This document shows, piece after piece, positions 7,966 through 17,425 of a DNA stretch of 64,000 bases (positions within the stretch are counted from its first letter, which is position 1; every line of letters starts with the position of its first letter). The notes under the pieces were generated by a model, which saw nothing but the letters and a program-made list of their open reading frames with translations, made no database searches and was not told the DNA's origin. Location: positions 11,918 through 75,917 of the forward strand of contig JAZNSF010000007.1 of assembly GCA_045591095.1 (NCBI GenBank). Reading direction: 5' to 3'. Source of the stretch: Clostridia bacterium. Lineage in GTDB: Bacteria > Bacillota > Clostridia > Monoglobales > Monoglobaceae. Made by a program: the position numbers and the translations under genes.

Positions 7966-8002
7966 AAAAAAGCTGCCAAAAATATTTGGCAGCTTTTTAT
8001 TT
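7966..8002. terminator. Bidirectional intrinsic terminator between convergent genes
   Basis: AGCTGCCAAA / TTTGGCAGCT 10-bp stem with a 4-nt loop, flanked by an A-run and a T-run. Confidence 0.8.
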
Positions 8003-9466
8003 TTAATATAACTTATACCAATCGGGTGTTCCGACTCCGTTTGAGTGCCAGGTCGAAAAATCTTCTTTCATTACTCGCATAATTGGCGCGAGCTTTTCTT
8101 CAGCTAGGTTTCCTTTTAAAAACTCGTAAAGATGCGAGTAAAGGCTGATTCGTTTTACGCCTTGCCCTAAAAGCCCCTTTTCTTTCCAATATTTTGAAAG
8201 CTTCAGGTAAAAATCAAAGGGTGTTTCAAAATATTCTACTGCTTTTCCCAAAGTCTTATAAAATCTTCCCGAGTTATAGTACCTTTCAAGGACATCCTCT
8301 ACCGCTTTAAGAACCATAATCTCATCAAAGCTAAGCACATTTGTCGAAAACACTTCGTAGGGTGCAAAGTCAGAAAATTCTATACCATATTCCTTAGCTT
8401 TCGTCCGTAACGCAGAACCCTTTAAAAGCTTCAAAAACCCAAGTTGCAACACATGGGGATTTAGATTGTAGACCTCATTAAAAGATTTTTTAAATGAATC
8501 AAAATCCTCTAAGGGAAGTCCTGCTATAAGGTCAAGGTGAAGCATTACATTAGTTTCTTGTCTTAGCCTCTTTACATTCCTTGATAATTTTTCTATATCC
8601 ATAGACCTAGATATTTCTATTAAAGTATCGGGGTTGGTGGTTTGTACACCAATTTCAAACTGAATTTGCCCCACGTGTGCATTCTTCAAAAGTTCGATAT
8701 CACAGTCTTCCAAAAGGTCTGCCCCTATCTCAAAATGAAAGCAAGTATCTTTGCCATTGTTAATACAATATTCCCAAATTTCGTGGGCTCTTTTTCTATC
8801 TGCATTAAAGGTTCGGTCGACAAATTTAACTGTCATAACCCTACTTTCTATAAACTTTGAAAGTTCTTTTTCCACCCTTCCTATCGACAAAAACCTCACG
8901 CCTTTTTCTACCGATGAAAGACAATAAGTACACGAAAAGGGACAGCCGCGGCTTGTTTCGTAGTAGACTAACTTTTCACCATTTACAACATTTTCAAGGT
9001 CTTTGTCAGCATAAGGAAATGGCAAAGAATCCATATCCAGTTGGGCACTTGAAGAAATCACCGTTCTTTCCTTTGGTGGATTTTCCAAAAGGCTCAAAAC
9101 CGCGTCTTCCCCCTCGCCTTTTACTATGTAGTCAATGAAATCATTTTCGCCTAGTATCTTTTCGGCATCAAAAGAAACTTCGGGCCCTCCCAAAAATATT
9201 TTCCGCTCGGGCCTTAGCTTTTTTAAGGATTTAGAGATTTTAAGGACATACGAAATATTCCAGATATAACACGAAAAACCATATGCATCGCAATCACTTG
9301 CATAAAGCTTTGAAAGCACGTTAAACTCAGGCTCATTTATGCTAAATTCAGAAAAGTCACACTCAAATCTTTTTTGCCTGGAGTACTCAGAAATATATCT
9401 GACCGCAATATTGGTATGCACATATTTAGCATTTATTGCTACCATCAAAGTCTTATGCTTTTTCAT
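8003..9466 (-). CDS. B12-binding-domain radical SAM protein (DUF4080-type C-terminus)
   Basis: CPFSCTYC cluster motif. The N-terminal Rossmann-like B12-binding region precedes the radical SAM core. Its start overlaps the luxS stop by 14 nt. Confidence 0.8.
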   Translation of the reverse strand: MKKHKTLMVAINAKYVHTNIAVRYISEYSRQKRFECDFSEFSINEPEFNVLSKLYASDCDAYGFSCYIWNISYVLKISKSLKKLRPERKIFLGGPEVSFDAEKILGENDFIDYIVKGEGEDAVLSLLENPPKERTVISSSAQLDMDSLPFPYADKDLENVVNGEKLVYYETSRGCPFSCTYCLSSVEKGVRFLSIGRVEKELSKFIESRVMTVKFVDRTFNADRKRAHEIWEYCINNGKDTCFHFEIGADLLEDCDIELLKNAHVGQIQFEIGVQTTNPDTLIEISRSMDIEKLSRNVKRLRQETNVMLHLDLIAGLPLEDFDSFKKSFNEVYNLNPHVLQLGFLKLLKGSALRTKAKEYGIEFSDFAPYEVFSTNVLSFDEIMVLKAVEDVLERYYNSGRFYKTLGKAVEYFETPFDFYLKLSKYWKEKGLLGQGVKRISLYSHLYEFLKGNLAEEKLAPIMRVMKEDFSTWHSNGVGTPDWYKLY

Positions 9467-9914
9467 ACTCTAAGTCGTCCTCTGTCTCGGTTTTAATTTT
9501 TTCTAAGTATTCCCTTGCTTCTTTTCTGGCGATTTTAGTGTTAAGAGTTTTATAATTTCCGCACTCTATTTCGCTGTTTCCCGGCATTTCGCCGCTATAT
9601 AACGAAATCTCTGAAAGTACTCTTTTTATCTCGTCTAAAACCTCAGAGTGATTTGCCTCCCTGATAAGCAAATAAAACCCCGTCTGACAGCCCATCGGTC
9701 CTACATAGATTACGTCATCAGCCAGTTTTCCGTTTCGCATAAATGTCGCAAATAAATGCTCAAACGAATGCATCGCCTGATTGGACAAAACATCATCTGT
9801 ATTTGGTTTTCTCATACGCAAGTCATAAGTGGTTATATCACCGTCAATTCTCGAAATATACACCCATTCTTTTATAAAGCGGTGGTCAACCGTAAAGCTT
9901 GCAATTTTTTTCAT
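9453..9914 (-). CDS. luxS: S-ribosylhomocysteine lyase
   Basis: HSFEHL metal motif and GPMGCQTGFY. I place the start at ATG 9914, 8 nt after GAAGGTGA. The track start at 9926 is a GTG inside the SD. Confidence 0.9.
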   Translation of the reverse strand: MKKIASFTVDHRFIKEWVYISRIDGDITTYDLRMRKPNTDDVLSNQAMHSFEHLFATFMRNGKLADDVIYVGPMGCQTGFYLLIREANHSEVLDEIKRVLSEISLYSGEMPGNSEIECGNYKTLNTKIARKEAREYLEKIKTETEDDLEYEKA

Positions 9915-9929
9915 ATATAAATTCACCTT

Positions 9930-10901
9930 CTATGGCTTTACCAACGCGCAAAGCTCTAAATTATATTGTTCCTTAAAATAGATTTTGTTGGACTTTTTGT
10001 GTCCGATTACTTTAGAAACATCGCCCTTTTGGCACAAAAACTCTATTTTCCCGTCCTTTGTGCCATTTTCCAAAAGCTGTTTTTCTATTTTGTCCCTGAA
10101 AATAAGACCCTCCACAATCTCGCCAAAGGCAGGATGATACGGCCCCGCAACAACTGTCTCGCCATCATCTAGTTCCTCTGACGCATGAAGACCAAGCCTT
10201 ATTACATCTATATTTGCCTCTCTGAATGAAACAACAGCATCTTTTGCCAAAAGAGCTGCTTCTTCCAAAGAATAAGGCTTATAAAACCCAGCGTTATAAT
10301 ATTTTTCAATGGCAGTACCCTTTAAAGTTAACACCGGATAAATCCTGACGCAGTCAGGCGAAAGCGCGATTATATCCTTGACAGTCTTTTTGTCCTTTTC
10401 GGGGGTCGAGCCATACATTCCAAGCATCATCTGGTGGCCAAGCCCTATGCCTTTTTCTCTTATAAGACGAGATGCACGAACAACCGATTCAAAATCATGT
10501 CCTCTGTTGTTCATTTTAAGAACCTCGTCGTCGCTGCTTTGTACGCCAAGCTCTATCATGGTGACGTTATAGCGCTTAAGAAGGTCTAAACCAGCATCGT
10601 TTATGCAGTCAGGCCGAGTGGATAAACGCACGCCCGAAACCTTAGGAAAAAACTCTGCCACAACTTCCAGAAATTCTTTTTGTAAGGGCATTGGAAGCCC
10701 CGTAAAGCTTCCTCCAAAAAATGCTACTTCAACCAAAGAATCTTCCCCGTCTATTGTAGACAAAAACTTTTTTATCAGTACTCTTACATCATCTTTGGTA
10801 ACTTCGGTCTCGATACCGGTAATTTTCTTTTGACTGCAAAAAGCGCAGTCGTGAGGGCAACCACGATGAGGTATAAAGATTGGTAAATTATACTTTCTCA
10901 T
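9930..10901 (-). CDS. Radical SAM protein (ELP3/MiaB-like, COG1243-type)
   Basis: CPHDCAFCSQ motif near the N-terminus. It overlaps the 3' end of rnc by 14 nt. Confidence 0.8.
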   Translation of the reverse strand: MRKYNLPIFIPHRGCPHDCAFCSQKKITGIETEVTKDDVRVLIKKFLSTIDGEDSLVEVAFFGGSFTGLPMPLQKEFLEVVAEFFPKVSGVRLSTRPDCINDAGLDLLKRYNVTMIELGVQSSDDEVLKMNNRGHDFESVVRASRLIREKGIGLGHQMMLGMYGSTPEKDKKTVKDIIALSPDCVRIYPVLTLKGTAIEKYYNAGFYKPYSLEEAALLAKDAVVSFREANIDVIRLGLHASEELDDGETVVAGPYHPAFGEIVEGLIFRDKIEKQLLENGTKDGKIEFLCQKGDVSKVIGHKKSNKIYFKEQYNLELCALVKP

Positions 10902-11562
10902 TTTTTATACCTAAGGCTCTAAAAGCCTCTTTTGCAGCATTCTGTTCTGCCAGTTTACGGCTTTTGCCATTCCCAAAGCCAATTATTTTGCCCTTATAAA
11001 GCGCTTCCACAAAAAATTCGGGGTTATGGTCAGGACCCTTCTTTTCCTTCATTCGATATTTAACAACATCGTTATCCTTGTCGCGTTTTTGGAAATAGAT
11101 TTGTAGCTCCGACTTATAGTTCGGCTCGGAAATAACCTCTACCTTTTCTATCCTGTCGCCAAATGCGTTTAAGGTCCATTTTTTTGCCTCTTCAATGCCA
11201 CCATCTAGGAAAATAGCACCCAAAATAGCCTCAAAAGTGTCTGCAAGCACCGAATCCTTATCTTTTCCTCTGCTCATAGCCTCAGACCTTCCAAGTTTTA
11301 GGGCATCGCCAAGGTTCATCTCGCGGGCAAGCTCTGCCAAAGACTTTTCACATACCAGTATTGCACGTATCTTAGTAAGGTCTCCCTCGTCCGAGTCTGG
11401 ATACATCTCATATATTTTTGTAGCAATTACATACGAAAGAACACTATCTCCCAAAAACTCTAAACGCTGGTTGCTTTCGATTTTCAGGTCATTCGCCAGC
11501 GAAATATGCGTAAGCGCCAGCTTTAATAAAGAGCTATCTTTAAATTTATATTTTATATCCAA
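10888..11562 (-). CDS. rnc: Ribonuclease III
   Basis: ERLEFLGDSVL signature plus a C-terminal dsRBD. Confidence 0.93.
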   Translation of the reverse strand: MDIKYKFKDSSLLKLALTHISLANDLKIESNQRLEFLGDSVLSYVIATKIYEMYPDSDEGDLTKIRAILVCEKSLAELAREMNLGDALKLGRSEAMSRGKDKDSVLADTFEAILGAIFLDGGIEEAKKWTLNAFGDRIEKVEVISEPNYKSELQIYFQKRDKDNDVVKYRMKEKKGPDHNPEFFVEALYKGKIIGFGNGKSRKLAEQNAAKEAFRALGIKNEKV

Positions 11563-11609
11563 ATTACATCAAATCCTTTTCCCTCGGTTTTTAAGGTTTT
11601 ATATCTATT

Positions 11610-11653
11610 CAAAAAAATCAAACGAACTGCTGTTTTAAAGTAACAGCAGTTCG
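11610..11653 (-). terminator. Intrinsic terminator after acpP
   Basis: 12-bp perfect stem CGAACTGCTGTT / AACAGCAGTTCG, then a U-run on the minus strand. Confidence 0.75.
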
Positions 11654-11666
11654 CATTTTTACAATC

Positions 11667-11903
11667 TTAACATTTTGTATTGATATAGTTTACTGCATCT
11701 CCTACAGTTGAAATTTCGTCGGCATCCTCATCGGGGATTTCCAGATCAAATTCCTCCTCGAGTGCCATCATAAGCTGTACCAAAGCCAGTGAATCTGCCT
11801 CCAAATCGTTGATAAATGACGATTCCATAGTAATAGTACTCTCATCAATATCAAGCTGTTCTGCCGTAATTTCCTTTACTTTTCCAAAAACATCCATTTT
11901 CAA
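11667..11903 (-). CDS. acpP: Acyl carrier protein
   Basis: LEADSL phosphopantetheine-attachment motif. The protein is acidic and 78 aa. Confidence 0.9.
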   Translation of the reverse strand: MKMDVFGKVKEITAEQLDIDESTITMESSFINDLEADSLALVQLMMALEEEFDLEIPDEDADEISTVGDAVNYINTKC

Positions 11904-11937
11904 AATCCCTCCTCATATAGTCTATATGTTTTCATAT

Positions 11938-11967
11938 AATATACCATACAACCTACTCTGTAGTCAA
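11938..11967 (-). promoter_or_regulatory. Candidate acpP promoter
   Basis: On the minus strand: TTGACT, 18 nt, TGgTATATT. Confidence 0.5.
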
Positions 11968-12005
11968 TACAAATTTACTCAAATTTTCCACCTTTAGGTA
12001 TTTTT

Positions 12006-12548
12006 TTATTTGAAAGTAATTAAATGTCGGTTTTTGACAATATAATCAATGCCCGAATATACAGTCAAAACAACAGCCAGCACAACCAGCCAGAAGGTAA
12101 GGTCAAACCTCCCCCATGAAAGCGGAATTACTAAGTCAAGCATAACCCCGATAGTCGCCGCCATCTGTGAAACAGTCTTAAGCTTTCCCCAATTGCTTGC
12201 AGCAATAACAGTATTCTCGCCCATAGCAAGCTGTCTTATGCCGGTAACAATAAGTTCTCTCGCGATAATAATCATTACAACCCAGGAGTTTATATATACC
12301 GCCTCTTTGACTTCCATAAGGCAAACCAAAGCCGATATGGTGAGTATCTTGTCAGCAAGTGGGTCCATGAGCTTACCGAATGTTGTTACCTGATTGTTTT
12401 TTCTTGCCAAAAATCCATCAAGCTGGTCGGTAAGTGAAGCAAGTATAAAGATTGCTATAGCCACCATATAAAAGCCCGAATTAAGCGCCCACATAAAAAT
12501 CGGCACCATTATTACTCTAAGCAGTGTAAGCATATTGGGTACATTCAT
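12006..12548 (-). CDS. pgsA: CDP-diacylglycerol--glycerol-3-phosphate 3-phosphatidyltransferase
   Basis: CDP-alcohol phosphatidyltransferase motif D..DG..AR...G...D...D (DQLDGFLARK...GKLMDPLADK). Confidence 0.9.
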   Translation of the reverse strand: MNVPNMLTLLRVIMVPIFMWALNSGFYMVAIAIFILASLTDQLDGFLARKNNQVTTFGKLMDPLADKILTISALVCLMEVKEAVYINSWVVMIIIARELIVTGIRQLAMGENTVIAASNWGKLKTVSQMAATIGVMLDLVIPLSWGRFDLTFWLVVLAVVLTVYSGIDYIVKNRHLITFK

Positions 12549-13883
12549 TTATACATCCTCCTCTTTTGTCTGTCCGTATAAATCATATTCGGAGTAGTCG
12601 GTTATTTCAACACGGGCAAATTCGCCTGGGTTAATCTTTTTGTTGCTTGTAAAGAACACCTTGCCGTCAACTTCCTCTGAGTCGCCGCTCGTTCTGCCGA
12701 AGTATTGCTTTATAATTGCATCATAGCCTTCTGTCAGGACCTCCAGATTTTGCCCTACACGTGCCTTATTAAGCTCCTCAGACACTGCCGCCTGGTCAAC
12801 CATTATAATTTCCTGTCGTCTGAGCTTTTCTTCCTCGTCAAGCTGACCGCTCATTTTTGCAGCAGGAGTTCCCTCTTCCTCAGAATACGAGAATGCGCCA
12901 AGACGGTCAAATTCCATTTCGGTAACAAAATCCCGAAGTTCTTCAAACTGATCCTCCGTCTCGCCCGGAAATCCAACAATCAATGTAGTTCTGATTACAG
13001 CATCTGGAATCCGGCTACGGATTTTTTTAACCAAAGCAGTAAGTTTTTCTTTATTGGTTCTTCTTCCCATCAGCTTTAGTATTTCATCGTTACAATGCTG
13101 TATTGGTATATCAAAGTAATTGCAGATTTTTTCGTTTTCGGCAATCACTTCTATGAGAGCATCTGAAAGAAGCTCGGGATAAAGATAATGAAGTCTTATC
13201 CATTTAAGCTCGTCTATCTTACAAAGTTCTTTTAAAAGCTCGGGGAGCTTATATTCGCCATATAGGTCAATTCCGTATCTGGTGGTGTCCTGAGCAATAA
13301 CTACAAGCTCTTTTGCGCCATTTTTAACCAAATCCTTAGCTTCTGATACAATGTCCTCCAGCTTTCGGCTTCTGTATTTGCCCCTGATTGATGGTATTAC
13401 ACAATACGTACAGTGATTGTCGCAACCCTCGGCAATCTTTAAATACGCCATATAAGAAGGCGTTGTAACATGGCGTTTTAGACCACTTTCGTTTATATAA
13501 TCACCACAGCAATAAACATTTTGGTCTGTTTTTTGATAGTTTTTAAGTATTTCAACTATCTTGTCATAATCGTTTGTGCCGATAACCACATCAACCTCGG
13601 GAAGCTCTTTTTTAAGTTCTTCCTGATATCTTTGGCTCATACATCCGGTAACAACCAAAATCTTGTCGTCTCCGTCTTTTTTGTATCTAGCATGTTCCAG
13701 TATACAATCAATCGACTCCTGTTTTGCAGAGTCAATAAACGCGCAAGTGTTGACAATCATAATGTCAGCATCTTCTTCGTCAGCACAAATTTCAAATCCG
13801 CTTGTTTCCAATAGGGCAAGCATCTGTTCTGCATCAACCAGATTTTTAGAACAACCCAGCGAAACCATTGAAACTTTCTTCAA
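12549..13883 (-). CDS. rimO: Ribosomal protein S12 methylthiotransferase
   Basis: N-terminal VSLGCSKNLVDAE, radical SAM CDNHCTYC and a C-terminal TRAM domain. Confidence 0.88.
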   Translation of the reverse strand: MKKVSMVSLGCSKNLVDAEQMLALLETSGFEICADEEDADIMIVNTCAFIDSAKQESIDCILEHARYKKDGDDKILVVTGCMSQRYQEELKKELPEVDVVIGTNDYDKIVEILKNYQKTDQNVYCCGDYINESGLKRHVTTPSYMAYLKIAEGCDNHCTYCVIPSIRGKYRSRKLEDIVSEAKDLVKNGAKELVVIAQDTTRYGIDLYGEYKLPELLKELCKIDELKWIRLHYLYPELLSDALIEVIAENEKICNYFDIPIQHCNDEILKLMGRRTNKEKLTALVKKIRSRIPDAVIRTTLIVGFPGETEDQFEELRDFVTEMEFDRLGAFSYSEEEGTPAAKMSGQLDEEEKLRRQEIIMVDQAAVSEELNKARVGQNLEVLTEGYDAIIKQYFGRTSGDSEEVDGKVFFTSNKKINPGEFARVEITDYSEYDLYGQTKEEDV

Positions 13884-14353
13884 TCCTCTTTACCTCCACT
13901 TACACCGATTTTAAGTTTTTTAAAGCAACTGTTGATATCATAAATCCCAAAGCCTCGCCTCATTAAATGTGCTTTTGCCTTTTCAAGCTCCTTTAAATCG
14001 GTAAAAACTGTGTCGCCAAAGCGCACCTGAACGTACTTTTCCAGATATTCATCCGGGTCTTCTTCCAAAAGTGATGCCGCTTTTTCCACAATTTTTTGGG
14101 ATATACCCTTTGCCAAAAGTTCCTGCTTTATACGATACATACCCTTAAGTCCAACAACCAAGGCATCGTGTATATACATTTTTGCGTATTCCTCGTCGTT
14201 TATTACGCCTGCTTTACAAAATTCCGAGATAACTTCCTCAGCGACCATTTCATCGCAGCCGCTATGAACAAGCTTTCTAAAAATTTCCTGGCAGGTGTAT
14301 GACTTAAACCCAAGTCTTTTTGCAACGAATTTTTTTGCTTGTTCTTTGTCCAT
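13880..14353 (-). CDS. recX: RecX family regulatory protein
   Basis: 157-aa helical-repeat protein immediately downstream of recA. The assignment rests on position and overall look. Confidence 0.7.
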   Translation of the reverse strand: MDKEQAKKFVAKRLGFKSYTCQEIFRKLVHSGCDEMVAEEVISEFCKAGVINDEEYAKMYIHDALVVGLKGMYRIKQELLAKGISQKIVEKAASLLEEDPDEYLEKYVQVRFGDTVFTDLKELEKAKAHLMRRGFGIYDINSCFKKLKIGVSGGKED

Positions 14354-14380
14354 TAGCGTATCTCCAGTTTATTGCGATTT

Positions 14381-15448
14381 CTATTTCTTCTTAGCAGGCT
14401 TTGGAACGGGCCTAAACTCAGTTGATGCGCCCATGTCTTCTTCGCCCGAAAGCTCAAGCGCAGGAAGTCCGGCTTTCTCACGGATTTTGGTTTCAAGTTC
14501 AAAGCACAGTGCCTCGTCTTCTTCAAGAAGCTTCTTAACTGCTTCACGGCCCTGGCCCAATTTTTCGTCATTATACGAGAACCACGAACCTGATTTTTGA
14601 ATTACTCCAAAATCAACGCCCACGTCAACGATATTTCCAGTCTTTGATATACCTTCGCCGTATATAATATCAAATTCTGCTTCCTTAAATGGTGGCGCAA
14701 CCTTGTTTTTTACAACCTTTACGCGAGTATGGTTACCCACTGCGCCCTCGTCGCCTTTCACGGTTTCGGTGCGTCTTACGTCCATTCTTACCGATGCATA
14801 ATACTTAAGAGCTCGTCCGCCCGCAGTTGTCTCGGGGTTACCAAACATAACACCAACCTTTTCACGAAGCTGGTTTATAAATATTGCAGTGGTATTTGAC
14901 TTACTTACAACCGAAGTAAGCTTTCTTAAGGCCTGCGACATAAGCCTTGCCTGAAGTCCTACGTGCGAATCACCCATAAGGCCCTCTATTTCCTGCTTTG
15001 GAACAAGTGCCGCAACCGAGTCAATAACTATTACATCAATTGCTCCCGAACGTACCAGCTGCTCGGTGATTTCAAGTGCCTGTTCACCTGTGTCGGGCTG
15101 CGAAACAATCAAGTCGTCAATTTTGACGCCCAGCTTTTCGGCATAAACAGGGTCAAGTGCATGCTCGGCATCAATAAATGCCGCTTCACCGCCTAACTTC
15201 TGAGCCTCAGCTACAATATGGAGAGCAACAGTGGTCTTACCTGATGACTCGGGACCATAAATTTCGATTATACGGCCTCTCGGCACACCGCCTATTCCAA
15301 GAGCAATGTCTAAAGACATAGAGCCTGTAGGTATTGCCTCAACCTCAACACTTGTCTTTTCACCAAGGCGCATAACCGCACCCGCGCCGTATTGTTTTTC
15401 TATCTGTCCAAAAACACTTTCCAGTGCTTTTCTTTTTTCTTCCTGCAT
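14381..15448 (-). CDS. recA: Recombinase A
   Basis: GPESSGKTT Walker A and full-length RecA similarity. I place the start at ATG 15448 (AAAGGTGG 8 nt upstream). The track GTG at 15460 sits inside the SD. Confidence 0.95.
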   Translation of the reverse strand: MQEEKRKALESVFGQIEKQYGAGAVMRLGEKTSVEVEAIPTGSMSLDIALGIGGVPRGRIIEIYGPESSGKTTVALHIVAEAQKLGGEAAFIDAEHALDPVYAEKLGVKIDDLIVSQPDTGEQALEITEQLVRSGAIDVIVIDSVAALVPKQEIEGLMGDSHVGLQARLMSQALRKLTSVVSKSNTTAIFINQLREKVGVMFGNPETTAGGRALKYYASVRMDVRRTETVKGDEGAVGNHTRVKVVKNKVAPPFKEAEFDIIYGEGISKTGNIVDVGVDFGVIQKSGSWFSYNDEKLGQGREAVKKLLEEDEALCFELETKIREKAGLPALELSGEEDMGASTEFRPVPKPAKKK

Positions 15449-15549
15449 TATAAAAACCACCTTTCAAGCAATACTAAACCATCTTGATTAAGCTACTATA
15501 TATTGTATTACATTTGCCCTATAAAGTCAATATAAAGAGCAATCAATTC

Positions 15550-17406
15550 TTACGCAAGAGTCTTGTCCTCTTTATATTTTGATTTATAAAGATATGTAGG
15601 CACGACCTCTGCCATTACGGATTTTATTTCGTCGTCACTGCCACCCAAAGATTCTCTTAGACGCACAAGCTTTGATTCAAGCTCATCAATGGTAATATCA
15701 ATGGGCTGTCCCACAAAAACTTTGTTATGAGCAGTTTTTCCGAGGCCCTCTTCGTCCATAAGCAGTTCCTCGTAAAGCTTTTCGCCAGGTCTGAGGCCCG
15801 AAAACTCAATCTTAATATCAACATCCGGTCTGTAACCAGATAAACTTATCATTTTTTTCGCAAGGTCGCAAATTTTAACCGGTTGACCCATATCAAGCAC
15901 AAAAATTTCGCCACCATGAGCATAAGCCGCTGCCTGAAGCACCAGCTGTGCGGCCTCGGGTATAGTCATAAAGTACCTTGTTATTTCAGGGTGAGTAACG
16001 GTCACAGGTCCTCCTGCTTCAATCTGTTTTCTGAATCTTGGCACTACCGAACCGTGAGAACCAAGAACATTTCCAAATCTTACTGCAACAAACTCGGTCT
16101 TACCCAGTTTTTGAAGTGTCTGAACAATCATTTCGCACATACGCTTGCTGGCACCCATTATATTTGTGGGATTTACTGCCTTATCGGTCGAAATCATCAC
16201 AAATCGTTTTGTATTATATTTCGCCGCAGTCTTTGCGGTATTGTATGTTCCAAAAACATTGTTCTTTATAGCCTCTGCAGGACTAAATTCCATAAGTGGC
16301 ACGTGCTTGTGGGCCGCCGCATGAAATACAATATCAGGGCGGTATATATCAAATATTTCGTCAAGTCTTGCTCTGTCACGCACTGATGCAATAATCACTT
16401 CTATGTCTGCATCGGGATACTTTTCTTCAAGTTCGGTCTGTACTTCATAAGTAGTATTTTCGTATATATCAAGAACTATCAGTTGTTTTGGACCAAACCT
16501 CATAATCTGGCGACAAAGCTCAGAGCCAATTGACCCGCCACCACCGGTAACAAGTATAATTTTGCCGCGTATATCCTTTTCCAGAAGTTCGTTATCAAGC
16601 ACAATGGGGTCGCGTTCCAAAAGGTCCTGGATGTTTATGGGTCTCATTTTCTGAAGTGTTGCGTTTGCATTAAGCGATGCTTCCATCCCGGGAAGAATCT
16701 TTACTTTCTTTCCGGTAGAGCTGCAGATATCAAGTATCTCGGCGCGTTTCTTGGGGTCAATTGTATATATAGCAAAAACAATCTCGTCAACATCCATTTG
16801 CTTACATATGCGCACTATGTCGTTTCGGTTTCCAAGAACTTTGGTTCCGTACATATGCTGTCCCTTTTTGGCTGGGTCATCATCAATAAGTCCCACAACA
16901 TTAAAGTTAAGCCGGTTATTTTCCAAAGTTTCGCGAAGCAGTGCAACCGCTAAGCGACCTGCACCGATAACCAAAACTCTTTTACTTACGCCTACCTGAT
17001 GCTCTCTTATGGCCTTGTACATAACTCTTTGACCAAACCTCAGCCAGCATATCAAGGTAGTTACAGCAATATTTGCGGCTATGTTGAATTTAAGAAAATA
17101 CACATCTGTCGAAAAGAACTCACCACATATAACCGACACCGAAAAAGCAACCAGGCATCCGGAAATCAAACGGATATAATCCCTGTGGGCCGCCCTTACC
17201 CAGTCAGTTTTATAAACCGAGAACAAGGAAAGTGCCACCAAATACGCCCATATGCTCGCAACTATCAAGGCCCTGCCTTCCCACACATGCTCCGAAAGAG
17301 TTGCTGTCGGGAACACAAATATTGTCATTGCAACAAACGCCGCAACAACCAACACTATATCCAGCAAAAAAAGGTATCTGTTTCTTATTCTATCAATAAA
17401 TTCCAT
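15550..17406 (-). CDS. capD: Membrane-anchored polysaccharide biosynthesis dehydratase/epimerase (CapD/PglF/WbpM family)
   Basis: N-terminal TM helices followed by two Rossmann regions (VTGGGGSIGSEL). I place the start at ATG 17406 (MEFIDRIRN). The longer track ORF overlaps the upstream gene. Confidence 0.85.
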   Translation of the reverse strand: MEFIDRIRNRYLFLLDIVLVVAAFVAMTIFVFPTATLSEHVWEGRALIVASIWAYLVALSLFSVYKTDWVRAAHRDYIRLISGCLVAFSVSVICGEFFSTDVYFLKFNIAANIAVTTLICWLRFGQRVMYKAIREHQVGVSKRVLVIGAGRLAVALLRETLENNRLNFNVVGLIDDDPAKKGQHMYGTKVLGNRNDIVRICKQMDVDEIVFAIYTIDPKKRAEILDICSSTGKKVKILPGMEASLNANATLQKMRPINIQDLLERDPIVLDNELLEKDIRGKIILVTGGGGSIGSELCRQIMRFGPKQLIVLDIYENTTYEVQTELEEKYPDADIEVIIASVRDRARLDEIFDIYRPDIVFHAAAHKHVPLMEFSPAEAIKNNVFGTYNTAKTAAKYNTKRFVMISTDKAVNPTNIMGASKRMCEMIVQTLQKLGKTEFVAVRFGNVLGSHGSVVPRFRKQIEAGGPVTVTHPEITRYFMTIPEAAQLVLQAAAYAHGGEIFVLDMGQPVKICDLAKKMISLSGYRPDVDIKIEFSGLRPGEKLYEELLMDEEGLGKTAHNKVFVGQPIDITIDELESKLVRLRESLGGSDDEIKSVMAEVVPTYLYKSKYKEDKTLA

Positions 17407-17425
17407 ACGCTTTCTTCCTTTACGT

